Shown: positions 36,437 to 48,546 of the stretch, piece after piece
Numbering within the stretch: the first letter of the stretch is position 1
Layout of the letters: each line of letters starts with the position of its first letter
DNA from: the human T2T-CHM13v2.0 reference genome, Homo sapiens
Assembly: GCF_009914755.1 (NCBI RefSeq)
Contig: NC_060944.1
DNA: 64,000 bases
Reading direction: 5' to 3' (one strand)
The notes under the pieces: generated by a model
Told to the model about the DNA's origin: nothing
What the model saw: the letters and a program-made list of their open reading frames with translations, nothing else
Databases searched by the model: none
Position numbers and translations under genes: made by a program

Positions 36437-39184
36437 AAAACAACATCTTTTTAAAAGATAGATTTTCAATTCTTTTTACCGTAGTATAAACATGTTTTAA
36501 ATATAAAATACCCGATCAGGTGTTTTCCCTGAATTCAACAACTATTTAAATAACACCTGCGATTTACATATATTTAAATAAATGTCTCCAGCAACCCCTA
36601 GTGGAATGGTAGGCATCAGGGAATAGATGTGGAAGGACTTTGCAGTTGCCGCAAGGCTTTCCATGTGGTTAAGTTCATATTACCAGCAGACATCAACTCT
36701 ATCAATTCAAAAGTTCTCCTGCAGCCAGGTGAGTTAAAACTTTTGTGAAATTTCTACACTGTTTCAATATATTAAAAATACTCTATCTCAGTGAGAGTGG
36801 AGGGAGGAAGTTTCAAGTGTCAGCTGGCAGACATGACAGAAATGAACAGTCTCAACCTACTCAACAGTTCTCAAACCTACTGGTATAGGACCAAGCCAGA
36901 ATTTTAAGCTTAAAACACAGATTATCAGCACCCCTCATATCTTAGGCACATGTTTGTTTTCTCCAAAGCATTTCTTGCCATATTAATTTGAGCTTTATAA
37001 AATTAAAATCTCTCAGCACTGAAATCAGCATTGCAGATTTTCCTATTATTCTGGTTCTTTGTAGGAAATGAACAGTGAAGAACCATCTCAGCTTGTCAGA
37101 AAACAATATTCCCAACTCTCCGCTTCAGCTTTTTGGATTTCATCCTATGTACAAAATAGCATAATTAACATTCACTAAAAATTTCTTAAATTACAGGAGA
37201 AATATGGCTTAACACTTCTTGTCTAGCCCAAAGAAAATAATTGGTATCCGAATAAAGTCATCATTAAAAGTAATAAATGTGCAAAGCCTGGAAAAATCAT
37301 TTTGAATATTTCAAAACAGGACAAAACAGGAAAATGTCTGGTTTCGCAGCATTATTTAACAAACACACACTGTCTGTTCAGGAGACCTGCACCTCCTCAA
37401 TCATGAATTAAACATTGTCTTGTGATGTACCTTCTAATGATGGTATAATCCATGACTTCCAGGTGTGGTTTCAGAAAGAATTTTAAAGCAAAGCTTTGTA
37501 TAGTTCTAAATGCTACACATATTAATTACCAGGTTTATCTTGAGAAACAGGTGAATAAGAAAAGGCAAAGTTGCATGAGATCCTCAGACTGGTAAAACGA
37601 ACCATTCCTGAAGGCAAACAAGAATGCTGCTGCTTTGATGGGCACGGGCGATCTGTTCTGTACACATTAAAGGCAGCATCAGGGCACATGCTAGGTTAAA
37701 TTTTGAAGTCATGGAATTGGATCATCATTTATTCCCTAGCTATCTCTTTCTATATGTTTCTGCATATGTTTCCACTTCAGATTTCTGTAGTCCTTTTTTC
37801 TTCTCTCTTTGCCTACTCACATATGTAAATTTGTTCTCATGGCTATTGGCATCTCCTATGTAAAAATGGAATTTCAGGTATCAATCCCAGGAAAAGTACT
37901 ATTGATATCTCACTATCCAATAACCATGGCACTTCTACTTGTCAACATCCCTGTAGAAATGGTATATCACCATCAATATCACTACAATACTCGTATCTCC
38001 ATTAAGGTATCCATATTCACACCTACTGCCGTAAGTCTACAGAAGTGAGTTGTCTCTGTAAAGGACCTTGCAGCAACCTCATTTTTATTCTATCTATAGA
38101 CAGTCTAAATGCTTGTTGGTTAAAAAAATAAAGAAATGGATAAAATATAACTATGTGTCTTTTCAGAGTGTCATAGCCTAAGCAATCCTTTACATAGTAA
38201 TTCCAAAATTAAAATTTATATCTAGCTCTTTATATCTCTGTGCTGAGTTTTATAAAATATAAATTTCAGAAATGGGAGGACTGGAAATAAGAGTAAAGGA
38301 GCTTTCATAAAAGCTTTAAAATATAGCAAAAATATGCACTGGACTGTCTTGAGTTTACCTGATTCAAATATCTGCCCATTGTTGCTCTAACTACACTTGC
38401 TATCGCCCATTATTTATCTTGCTTCAATTCTAAAGGTTGTGATTCAAAAATATCATTGAGCAATCTAGAAAGATGTAGGTGAATCATGTCTCAAAACTAT
38501 TTCAGCTGTACACGTTTCTTTCAGACTGCAATGTCATTGAACTTTCATTCCACAATGTGTATACCACTACATTACATTTGGACAGTTGAATGAAAAATAT
38601 TTCTCTTTCAAAGATTTGTTTTAAATTCTGACCCTTTTAATATGGTCTAAATCCTCTTTGCCTCAGTTTACTTTCCTATCAAATGGCCATGTTAGGTGAG
38701 GTGATATCTAAATTCCCTTTTAGCCATAATCATTTTGTGAAACTGCGTTGAATCAATTGTATTCTACAATAGCCCTGGTATGAGGAGAAGAAAGGAAATC
38801 TACACAATATAAGAAAGAGAACATGAAGTTACCAATGTCACCTTTCCTGGCTGTGCTGTCACAAGGATTTAGATTTGCCTATTCCAGACATGGGACACAG
38901 AGAGAACAGGCAGAAAATAAGGGTGAGGCCAGTACAAAGCTTATAAACCTACAGATATTTTCAACTTTTAAAAGAGTTCACAGAGCTAATATACATAGAA
39001 GCTTATTCAGATTGATGATTGTTGCATGGGAATCTATCACTCAGGTTTGGTATATTCCAGGTGAATATTTTCGAGGCCATTGTTTATCATCCTTCTTTAT
39101 CAATTTTTGACCACTTAGTCATTTGGAATATCATGAGTTCTAATCCCAAGAGGCAAAAAAGTGAAGTGAGAGGTACATAATGTG

Positions 39185-39325
39185 CTATATAGACACAATA
39201 GAGTTTGTGTGTATGTATAGATATATATGTATGTACATGTAGAGTGTGTGTGTGTATACACAGAGTGTGTATACGTATACTACATATGTACACATATATA
39301 TATATACATACATACACATACACTG
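39185..39325. repeat. Mixed (TG)/(TA)/(CA) simple repeat
   Basis: Read directly; explains ORFs 39087..39353 and 39205..39462. Confidence 0.85.
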
Positions 39326-39764
39326 ATAACATGTACAAGCACTCTATAGACACTTACAGCTCCTGGTCAACAGCCTCTAAAACTATTAAGAGAAAATGTT
39401 GGAATCAATACACAAATAGAGTTGTAGGGCTTATCTCATGCTTTTCTGCACGTATACCTTAATTTCCCAGATTTTCGTATTCATTGTCCTTTAGCCTATT
39501 GTTAAGTCTGTGGAATATCTGCTTTTGCCTATGGGTAAGGTAAGGAAATGGCTACTTGAGAATAGAATAGGCTGGTTTTAAAATTATAAGTAACTTTTTC
39601 TACTTTATGGGAAATTTGTTTCACTGGGATTACATATAAATTTTTCTAAACCTGCTTGCCACCTCTTAGAGGATCTTTTCAGTGTAAAGACTGAAGGATC
39701 CTCTGGGATGGTCAAAAAAAAGGTGATCCTCTAAAACAAAGAGTGATTAGAAAGTCCAGATACA

Positions 39765-40435
39765 ATAAACATACATGTACATGTGTCTTTAGAGTAGAAC
39801 GATTTATATTCCTTTGGGTATGTACCCAGTAATGGCATTGCTGGGTCCAATGGTACTTCTGGTTCTAAATCCTTGAGGAACCTCCATGCTGTCTTCCACA
39901 ATGGTTGAACTAATTTACATTCCAACCAACAGTGTAAAAGCATTCCTATTTCTCCACAGCACTATTTACAGTAGCAGAGACATGGAACCAACCCAAATGC
40001 CTATCAAAAATCAGCGGGATAAAGAAAATGTGTTATATATAAACCATGGAATACTACGCAGTCATAAAAAGGAATGAGATCATGTCCTTTGTGGGGACAT
40101 AGTTGAAGCTGGAAGTCATCATCATCAGCAAACTAACACAGGAACAGAAAACCAAACACTGCATGTTTTCACTCATAAGTAAGAACTGAACAATGAGAAC
40201 ACATGGACTCAGAGAGAGGAACGACACACACTGGGACCAGTCGAGGGCTGTGAGGCAAGGGGAGGGAGAGCATTAGGACAAATAGCTAATGCATGTGGGG
40301 CTTAAAACCTAGATGAGGGGTTGATAGGTGCAGCAAACCACCATGGCACACATATACCTATGTAACAAAACTACGCATTCTGCACTGGTATCCCGGAACT
40401 TAAAGTAAAATTAAAAAAAAAAAAAAAAGAAAGAA
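39765..40435 (+). mobile_element. L1PA7/8-type element with 5' inversion and about 16-bp TSD
   Basis: Antisense L1 at about 39763-39960 is joined to the sense 3' end and poly(A). TSD agaaagtccagataca (39749) and agaaattccagacaca (40436). Confidence 0.95.
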
Positions 40436-40900
40436 AGAAATTCCAGACACAAATTGTGGATTTAGAAACCAGAGTAGGATAAGCCAGGAGAGAAGTTTAG
40501 TTTTGATGCAGTAAAAAACAAACTAGGAATTAATCCTTTAAAGAAGTATAAAAATAAATCGCGATCAAGGAACTCGCTGGAGTATAAATTGGCATAAGTA
40601 GATACTAAAGTCTGGTATTTTTATACTACCCAGAAAGCTATTATAATAATTCAAGTGAAGGGTGAATGACCACAATGTTGATTAAAAAAATAGATCTGTA
40701 GAAGATTACTGATAAAGTACACATGTGAAATCAACTGGTCCAGTGGCCTCTGCAATTATATGGAAAGCTTTATTCATACTATACACATCTATGTCTTTCT
40801 CCTGCTACTGAACATTTTTGATCTAGGTCAACAGTTCATGTTATAGAGACAGTGACTCAGAGAAAGTACGTAAGTTTTTGCAAATCACAGTGTTGCTTAT

Positions 40901-41227
40901 GGCCAGGTGCAGTGGCTCATGCCTGTAATTCCAGCACTTTGGGTGGCTGAGGTGGGCATATTGCTTGAGACCAGGAGTTCAAGACCAACCTGGACAACAT
41001 GATGAAAGCCCATCTCTACAAAAAATTAGCCAGGCATTTTGGCTCATGCCTGTAGTCCCAGCTACCTGGGAGACAAAAGTGGGAGGGTCAATTGAGCCCC
41101 GGAAGTTGAGGCTGCAGTAAGGGATTATAGCAACACTGCACTCCAGCCTAAGTGACAGAGTGAGACCCTACCTTAAAAAATAAATAAATAAAAATAAAAA
41201 ATTTGTGAGACTCTACCTTAAAAAAAA
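40901..41227 (+). mobile_element. AluJ with duplicated 3' end
   Basis: Alu dimer starting ggccaggtgcagtggc. TSD-like tgttgcttat (40891) and tgttgcctat (41230). Confidence 0.96.
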
Positions 41228-42119
41228 TTTGTTGCCTATGAACATACTGCGAGCAGCATAAAGACACTTGCATTGAACCATCCTGAACACACCAGGATTC
41301 CTTTCTTTGGAGAGGGAGAGTGTTTTCTCTTAAAGTCATAGAATTGGGAAGCCCTTTGAATCTTCCTGTATTATTTCTAAATCAAAGTTAAATACTATCA
41401 CCTCCTTCAATTTTAAATGCACCTGCATGCCACCCAAATTTGTACATTCACACCACTAAATAACTGAAGGTTTTGAACTCTGCTTATGTGTAGGAAAACA
41501 TAGTTATCCCCAGTAGCATCCCTTCTACTCTTTGAGAAAGTTGGGCTGAACATTTATTTATTTATTTATTTATTATTTTTAATTGATCTGAATCGGTTTA
41601 TTCCTTCCCTCTGGCTCTGTGAAAGAAGTATATTTGTTTGTACAGTTTTTGTTAGGGTCCTTTTCCATATTTCCATGAAAATCTAGATGGTCTTTATTAT
41701 CTACATTTAGAAAATCTCAAATGCTTTTTTCAGATGCAGCCTGGCAGAGTTTTGGTCCCAAGCAAATTTCAGGTGGCTGTGGCCTAAATATTGCATCTCA
41801 TCTGACTGATTTGAGTTACAAACTAAACAGACTGTAAATGGAATCTTAAAAGTCTCATTAGAATATTGTCGGGGAACCCAGATTTGTTCTACTGAGCCTG
41901 CAAAAGAACTCCTGAACTCTTCCTCAGCTATCCATCAAAATAGATTATTATTCAATGAGGGGAGTGCAGGTATTACTCTGAAGAGTTGCAAAGGGAGCCA
42001 TTTGATCCTAACAATAGAGGTTTATTACACACACTTGTATTTTGTGGTTAAAATCCCATCATACTTTGATTTGCTAAACCTCCTCAGTGTTTGGCTTCCA
42101 ACTTGTTTTCTCCTACATC

Positions 42120-44080
42120 CTTGGAATCACCCCACAATCACTATTGTGAATAGTTCTACCACACCTAAAATTGTCTTTATTCTCCGGTAATACCTTCCTT
42201 CCAACTCTCTTCCCAAGCTCCCTTGCAACTCCCCACTGCAAAGCAACCAGTGATCTGTTTACTGTCTCTGTACATTGGTTGGCATTTCCTAAAATGTTAC
42301 ATAAATGGAATTACATGGTATGCATTTTTTTAATTTCCCCTTTTGCCTTATTAGCTCTAATTCTTTGTTTTGCTATTTTAGTGTTTGCTTTCAGGTTTAT
42401 GGTAATATATCTTTACTTTCAAATCATTTTATACTACTTCACATATAGTACATGAATCTTATTATAATATACTTCATTTTTTCCCCTCCCAAGCTTTATG
42501 CTATTATTTATCATACCTTTTACTTATATAAATGTTATAAACCCCATATACATACTATTTTGTTGTGTTTAGACCATCAATATCTTGAGGGATATTTAGA
42601 GAACAAGTATTTTATATTTGCCCATGCAGTTACTATTTATAGTTTTCTTCTCCCTGTGGGGAGATTCATATTTCCATCTGGTTTTATATTTCTTCTGTCT
42701 GTAGGACTTTAACGTTTTTATAGTGCAGATCATCTGTTGATGAATTGGTGTTACTGTTTTCCACCATAACTAGGACCCCTGCATTTTTCCTTTTTATAAG
42801 AGGATTAGGGGGCAAACCCCTTTGAACTTCTCTGATGTGAGTTTCAGATCCAGTTTGGCTGGTCTTGGATGTCTGGTTCCCCACTTATATGCCAGTCTAT
42901 ATATGTATTCATGGTTTTCAGAATTTATTTACCTACTTTAATTTTCTTGACTTTTCATGTGAATTTTAAAGTCTGCTGGTTGCTGTTTACAAAATGGTTT
43001 ACTTGAATTTTGACTGGGATTATATTGATTTTCTTGAACAAATATGAGAGTACTAACATCTTAATATTGAGTCTTCCAGTTCATGAGCAGAGTATAGCTC
43101 TTCACTTATTTAGGTTTTCTTTTATGTTTTTCATCAGTGTTTTGTAGGTTTTTATGAATGGATCTTATCTATATTTAGATTTATTCCTAAGTAGTTCAGT
43201 TTTGGGTGCTATTGTAAATAGCATTATTTTATTATTTTAGTTTCAGATTCCAAATGCTAATGCTGGTATATAGTAGTAATACATTTGACTTTGGTTGGTT
43301 AGTCTTATAACCTCTAAGACTGTGTAAAATTCACACATTAGTTCCAGGAATATTTTGTAGAGTCTTTGAAATTCTCTATATAGATAATCATATTATTCAT
43401 GAATAAGGATAGATTCATTTCTTCCCTTCCAATGTATGCCTTTTATTTTTCCTTGCCTCACTGCACTAGCTAGAACTTCCAGGTTGGTATTGAATAGGAA
43501 TGGTGAGAGAAGCCATTCTTGCCTTGTTGTAGAGCTTAAGAGAAGTCAATTAGTCTTTCGCCACTAAGTATTATGTGAGCTGTAGATATTTTCATACATC
43601 TCTCTTATTAGAATACAATAATTTATTTTGAAAGCATTGTTATTGTTAATATATGTGAATGTTTCATAAACAATGTGTGTTAGATTTTACTGTAGGCTTT
43701 TTCTCCATATACTAATGTATCAATTTTAATATGGTAAATTGCAATGAATGAATGGTGAATGATGAAGTCGCCTTGTATTCCTGGGGTAAACTCCACTAAT
43801 TGTGATTTGTTATGCTTTTCATATATTACTAAATTTTATTTGTCAATATTTGTTATGAATGTTTGTGTCTATATTCATGAGCAATAAATGTTTATAGCAG
43901 TTTTTCCTTGTAATGCTCCGATCTGCTTTTGGAATTAGGATAATGCTGGCCTCATAAGATGATTTCAAAAGTATATCCTCTTCTTTCACTTTCTGGAAGA
44001 AGATGTGTAGATTAGTAGTATTTCTTTCTTAAATGATAGGTAGAATTTGTCGGTAAAACTACGTGGACCTGGAGATTTTT
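42120..44080 (-). mobile_element. Cluster of old L1M fragments (3' end and ORF2)
   Basis: aagcaaccagtgatctg...ataaatggaattacatgg; tattgaataggaatggtgagaga...ccattcttgccttgtt; taatgctggcctcataa. Confidence 0.8.
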
Positions 44081-44230
44081 GTTTGTTTGTTTTCTTTTGT
44101 GTATTTTTCTTTTGGATAAATTTGAAACTACAATTCCACCAAAGACAATATACAAATGAACAGCATATATATGAAAAGGCGCACTGCCTCACTAATTGTC
44201 TCAATAATACAAATCAAAATCACAATGAAA

Positions 44231-47200
44231 AGCTTCTGGGAAGTTCAAACTGGGCGGAGCCCACCACAACTTGGCAAAGGCGTTGTAGCCAGACTGCCTC
44301 TCTAGATTCCTTCTCTCTGGGCACTGCATCTCTGAAAGAAAGGCAGCAGCCCCAGTCAGGGGCTTTTAGATAAAACTCCCATCTCCCTGGGACAGAGCAC
44401 CTGGGGGAAGGGGCGGCTGTGGGCGCAGCTTCAGTAGACTTAAACATTCCTGCCTGCCAGCTCTGAAGAGAGGGGCAGATCTCTCAGCACAGCACTTGAG
44501 CTCTGCTAAGGGACAGACTGCCTCCTCAAGTGGGTCCCTGACCCCTATGCTTCCTGACCGGGAGACACCTCCCAGCAGGGGTCAACAGACACCTCATACA
44601 GGAGGCTCTGTCTGGCATCTGGTGGGTGCCCCTCTGGGACGAAGCTTCCAGAGGAAGGAACAGGCAGCAATGTTTGCTGTTCTGCAGCCTCTGCCGGTGA
44701 TACTCAGGAAAACAGGGTCTGGAGTGGACCTCCAGCAAACTCCAGCAGACGTGCAGCAGAGGGACCTGACTGTTAGAAGGAAACCTAACAAACGTAAAGG
44801 AACAGCATCAACAAAAAGGATGTCCACACAGAAACCCCATCTGAAGGTCACCAACATCAAAGACCAAAAGTAGATAAATCCATGAAGATGAGGTAAAATC
44901 AGCACAAAAATGCTGAAAATTCCAAAAACCAGAATGCCTCTTCTCCTCCAAAGGATCACAACTCCCTGCCAGCAAGTGAACAAAACTGGATGGAGAATGA
45001 GTTTGACGAATTGACAGAAGTAGGCTTCAGAAGGTGGGTAATAACAAACTCCTCCAAGCTAAAGGAGAATGTTCTAACCCAACGCAAAGAAGCTAAGAAC
45101 CTTAAAAAAAGGTTCGAGGAATTGCTAACTAGAACAACCAGTTTAGAGAAGAACATAAATGACCTGATGGAGCTGAAAACACAGAACTTCATGAAGCATA
45201 CACAAGAGACACATGAGAACTTCATGAAGCATACACAAGCTTCAACAGCCAAATCAATCAAGTGGAAGAAAGGATATCAGAGATTGAATATCAACTTAAT
45301 GAAATAAAGCATGAAAACAAGATTAGACAAAAAAGAATGAAAATTAATGAACAAAGCCTCCAAGAAATGTGGGACTATGTGAAAAGACCAAACCTACATT
45401 TGATTGGTATACTTGAAAGTGACAGGGAGAATGGAACCAAGCAGTAAAACACTATTCAGGATATTATCCAGAATGTCCCAAACCTAGCAAGACGGGCCAA
45501 CGTTCAAATTCAGGAAACACAGAGAGCACCACAAAGATACTCCTCAAGAAGAGCAACCTGAAGACACATAATCATCAGATTCATCAAGGTTGAAATGAAG
45601 GGAAATATGTTAAGGGCAGCCAGAGAGAAAGGTGGGGTTACCCACAAAGGGAAGCCCATCAGAGGAACAGTGGCTCTCTCTGTAGAAACCCTACAAGTCA
45701 GAAGAGAGTGGGGGCCAATATTCAACATTCTTAAAGAAAAGAATTTTCAACTCAGAATTTCATATCCAGCCATACTAAGCTTCATAAGCGAAGGAGAAAT
45801 AAAATCCTTTACTGACAAGCAAATGCTGAGAGATTTTGTCACCACCAGGCTTGCCTTACAAGAGCTCCTGAAGGAAGCACTAATATGGAAAGGAAAAACC
45901 AGTACCAGCCACTGCAAAAACATACCCAATTGTAAAGACCCTTGACACTATAAAGAAACTGCCTCAACTAACAGGCAAAATAACCAGCTAGCATCATAAT
46001 GACAGGATCAAACTCACCCATAACAAAATTAACCTTAAAAGTAAACGGGCTAAATGCCCCAATTAAAAGACACAGACTGCCAAATTGTATAAAGAGTCAA
46101 GACCCATCGGTGTGCTGTATTCAGGAGACCCATCTCACATGCAAAGACACACATAGGATCAAAATAAAGGGATGGAGGAATATTTACCAAGCAAATGGAA
46201 AGCAAAAACAACAACAACAACAACAAAACAAAACAAAAAAAAGCAGTAGGGGTTGCAATCTTAGTCTCTGATAAAACAGACTTTAAACCAACAAAGATCA
46301 AAAAAAGGCAAAGAAGGACATTACATAATGGTAAATGGATCAATGCAACAAGAAGAGCTAACTATCCTAAATACATACGCACCCAATACAGGAGCACCCA
46401 GATTCATAAATCAAGTTCTTAGAGACCTACAAACAGGCTTAGACTCCTACACAGTAATAGTGAGAGACTTTAACACCCCACTGTCAATATTAGACAGATC
46501 AATGAGAAAATTAACAAGGATATTCAGGACTTGAACTCAGCTCTGGACCAAGAAGACCTTATAGACAGCTACAGAACTCTCCACCCAAATCAACAGAATA
46601 TACATTCTTCTCAGCACTACATCACACTTATTCTAAAATTGACTACATAATTGGAAGTAAAACACTCCTCAGCAAATGCAAAAGAATGGAAATCATAAGA
46701 AACAGTCTCTCAGCCCACAGTGCAATCAAATTAGAACTCAGGATTAATAAACTCACTCAAAACCGCAAAACTACATGGACATGGAATAACCTGCTCTTGA
46801 ATGACTACTGGGTAAATAATGAAATTAAGGCAGAAATAAAGAAGTTCTTTGAAACCAGTGAGAACAAAGACACAACATGCCAGAATCTCTGGGACACATT
46901 TAAAGCAGTGTTTAGAGGGAAATTTATAGCACTAAATGCTCACAAGAGAAAGCAGGAAAGATCTAAATCAACACCCTAACACTGCAATTAAAAGAACTAG
47001 AGAAGCAAGAGCAAACAAATTCAAAAACTAGCAGAAGACAAGAAATAACTAAGATCAGAGCAGAACTGAAGGAGATAGAGACATGAAAAGTCCTTCAAAA
47101 ATCCCATGATTCCAGGATCTGGTTTTTTGAAAAGATTAACAAAATAGATCGACCACTAGCCAGGCTGATAAAGAAGAAAAAAGAGGAATCAAATAGATAC

Positions 47201-47317
47201 AATAAAAATGACAAAGGGACTATCACCACTGATCCTATAGAAATACAAACTACCATCAGAGAATACTATAAACATCTCTACACAAATAAACTAGAAAATC
47301 TAGAAGAAATGGATAAA
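44231..47317 (+). mobile_element. L1PA7-like element: partial 5'UTR, ORF1 and ORF2 endonuclease region; 3' half missing
   Basis: 5'UTR motifs; ORF1 remnants (MENEFDELTEVGFRRWVITN); ORF2 start at 45999 (MTGSNSPITKLTLKVNGLN). Confidence 0.95.
44888..47317 (+). pseudogene. Disrupted L1 ORF1 and ORF2 N-terminus
   Basis: The ORF1 ATG at 44888 is followed by agg taa. Multiple frameshifts split it into ORFs 44990, 45262, 45595, 45999, 46328 and 46686. Confidence 0.9.
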
Positions 47318-47411
47318 CCCGGGAGGCAGAAGTTGCGGTGAGCTGAGATCACACCACTGCACTCCAGCCTGAGTGACAGAGTGAGACTCTGTCTCAAGAC
47401 AAATTAAAAAA
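47316..47411 (+). mobile_element. Alu right-arm 3' fragment (AluS-like)
   Basis: aacccgggaggcagaagttgcggtgagctgagatc...gagactctgtctcaa followed by an A-rich tail. Confidence 0.93.
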
Positions 47412-47970
47412 TGATGTAGAAAAGGCTTTTGATAAAATTTATCATCCCTTCATGTTAAAAATTATCAGTAAACTAGGTATCGATGGGTCATAAATAAAAA
47501 TAATAATAGCAGTGTATGACAAACCCACAGCCAACATCACACTGAATAGACAAAAGCTGGAAGCATTCCTCTTGAAAACCAGCACAAGACAAGGATTCCT
47601 TCTCTTACCACTCCTATTCAACATTGTATTAGAAGTTGTGGTCAGGGCAATCAGGCAAGAGAAAGAAATGAAGGGCATACAAATAGGAAGAAAGAAAGTC
47701 AAATTATCCCTGATTGAAGAAAGACATGATTCTATATCTAGAAAAGCCCATAGTCTCCACCCAAAAGATTCTTTAGCTGATAAACAACGTCAGCAAAGTT
47801 TCAAAGTTTTCAGGATACAAAATCAATATACAAAAATCACTAGCATTTCTGTACACCACCAACAGCTAAGCCAAGTTCCAAATCAGGAGCACAATCCCTT
47901 TCACAATTGCCGCAAAAAGAATAAAATACCTAGGAATACCACTAACCAGGGAGGTGAAAGATTCCTACAA
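47412..47970 (+). mobile_element. L1 ORF2 RT-region fragment, apparently from an older L1PA subfamily
   Basis: ORF 47512..48027 begins [27 protein letters not shown]. Truncated at both ends. Confidence 0.9.
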
Positions 47971-47974
47971 GTGA

Positions 47975-48100
47975 GTAGAAGTCAGAGAGGCAATAGAGCA
48001 CACATCCTGCAGGTCCACATGGACTAGTGTACAGGCTTTAGGCTGTACTCCAAATGAAAGAGGAAGCCATTGCAGGATTCTGAGCCAAGGAGTGGCTATT
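47975..48100 (-). mobile_element. L2 fragment
   Basis: ggaagccattgcaggattctgagccaaggagtg. Confidence 0.6.
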
Positions 48101-48160
48101 CTTCTGCTGTGTCCCTTCACCATCAACCTGTCCAAAACTAAAATAATTAATTTAACTTAC

Positions 48161-48546
48161 TCTCTTAAGTTTATTCGGGCTGCTTTCATAGAACACCATA
48201 AACTTGGTGGCTTATAAGCAATGTAAATTCATTTTCCATAGTTCTGGACAGTGATAAGTCCAAGGTTAAGGTGCTGACATATTTGGTGTCTGGTGAGAGC
48301 CAACTTTCTTGATCATAGACAGTGCCTTCTCACTGTATCCTCACATCACTGTATCCTCACATGGTGGAGGGTGAGGGATCTCTCTTGGGTCTCTTTTATA
48401 AGGACACTAATCCGATTCCTAAGGGAGATTCTCTCATTACCTAATCACCTCCCAAATGCCCCAGTTCCTAATACCATCACTTTAGGGGTTAGGATTCAAC
48501 ATATAAATGATGGGCGGAGTGAGCTGCAAATATTCAATCCATAACA
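48161..48546 (-). mobile_element. MLT1A-type solo LTR
   Basis: gggctgct...caccataaacttggtggctta...taatcacctcccaaa...attcaatccataaca. Confidence 0.92.

Noticed and set aside
36169-36489. 106-aa Leu/Ser/Phe-rich membrane-like ORF
   Set aside because: An artefact of the polypyrimidine tract, which has few A residues and therefore few stop codons.
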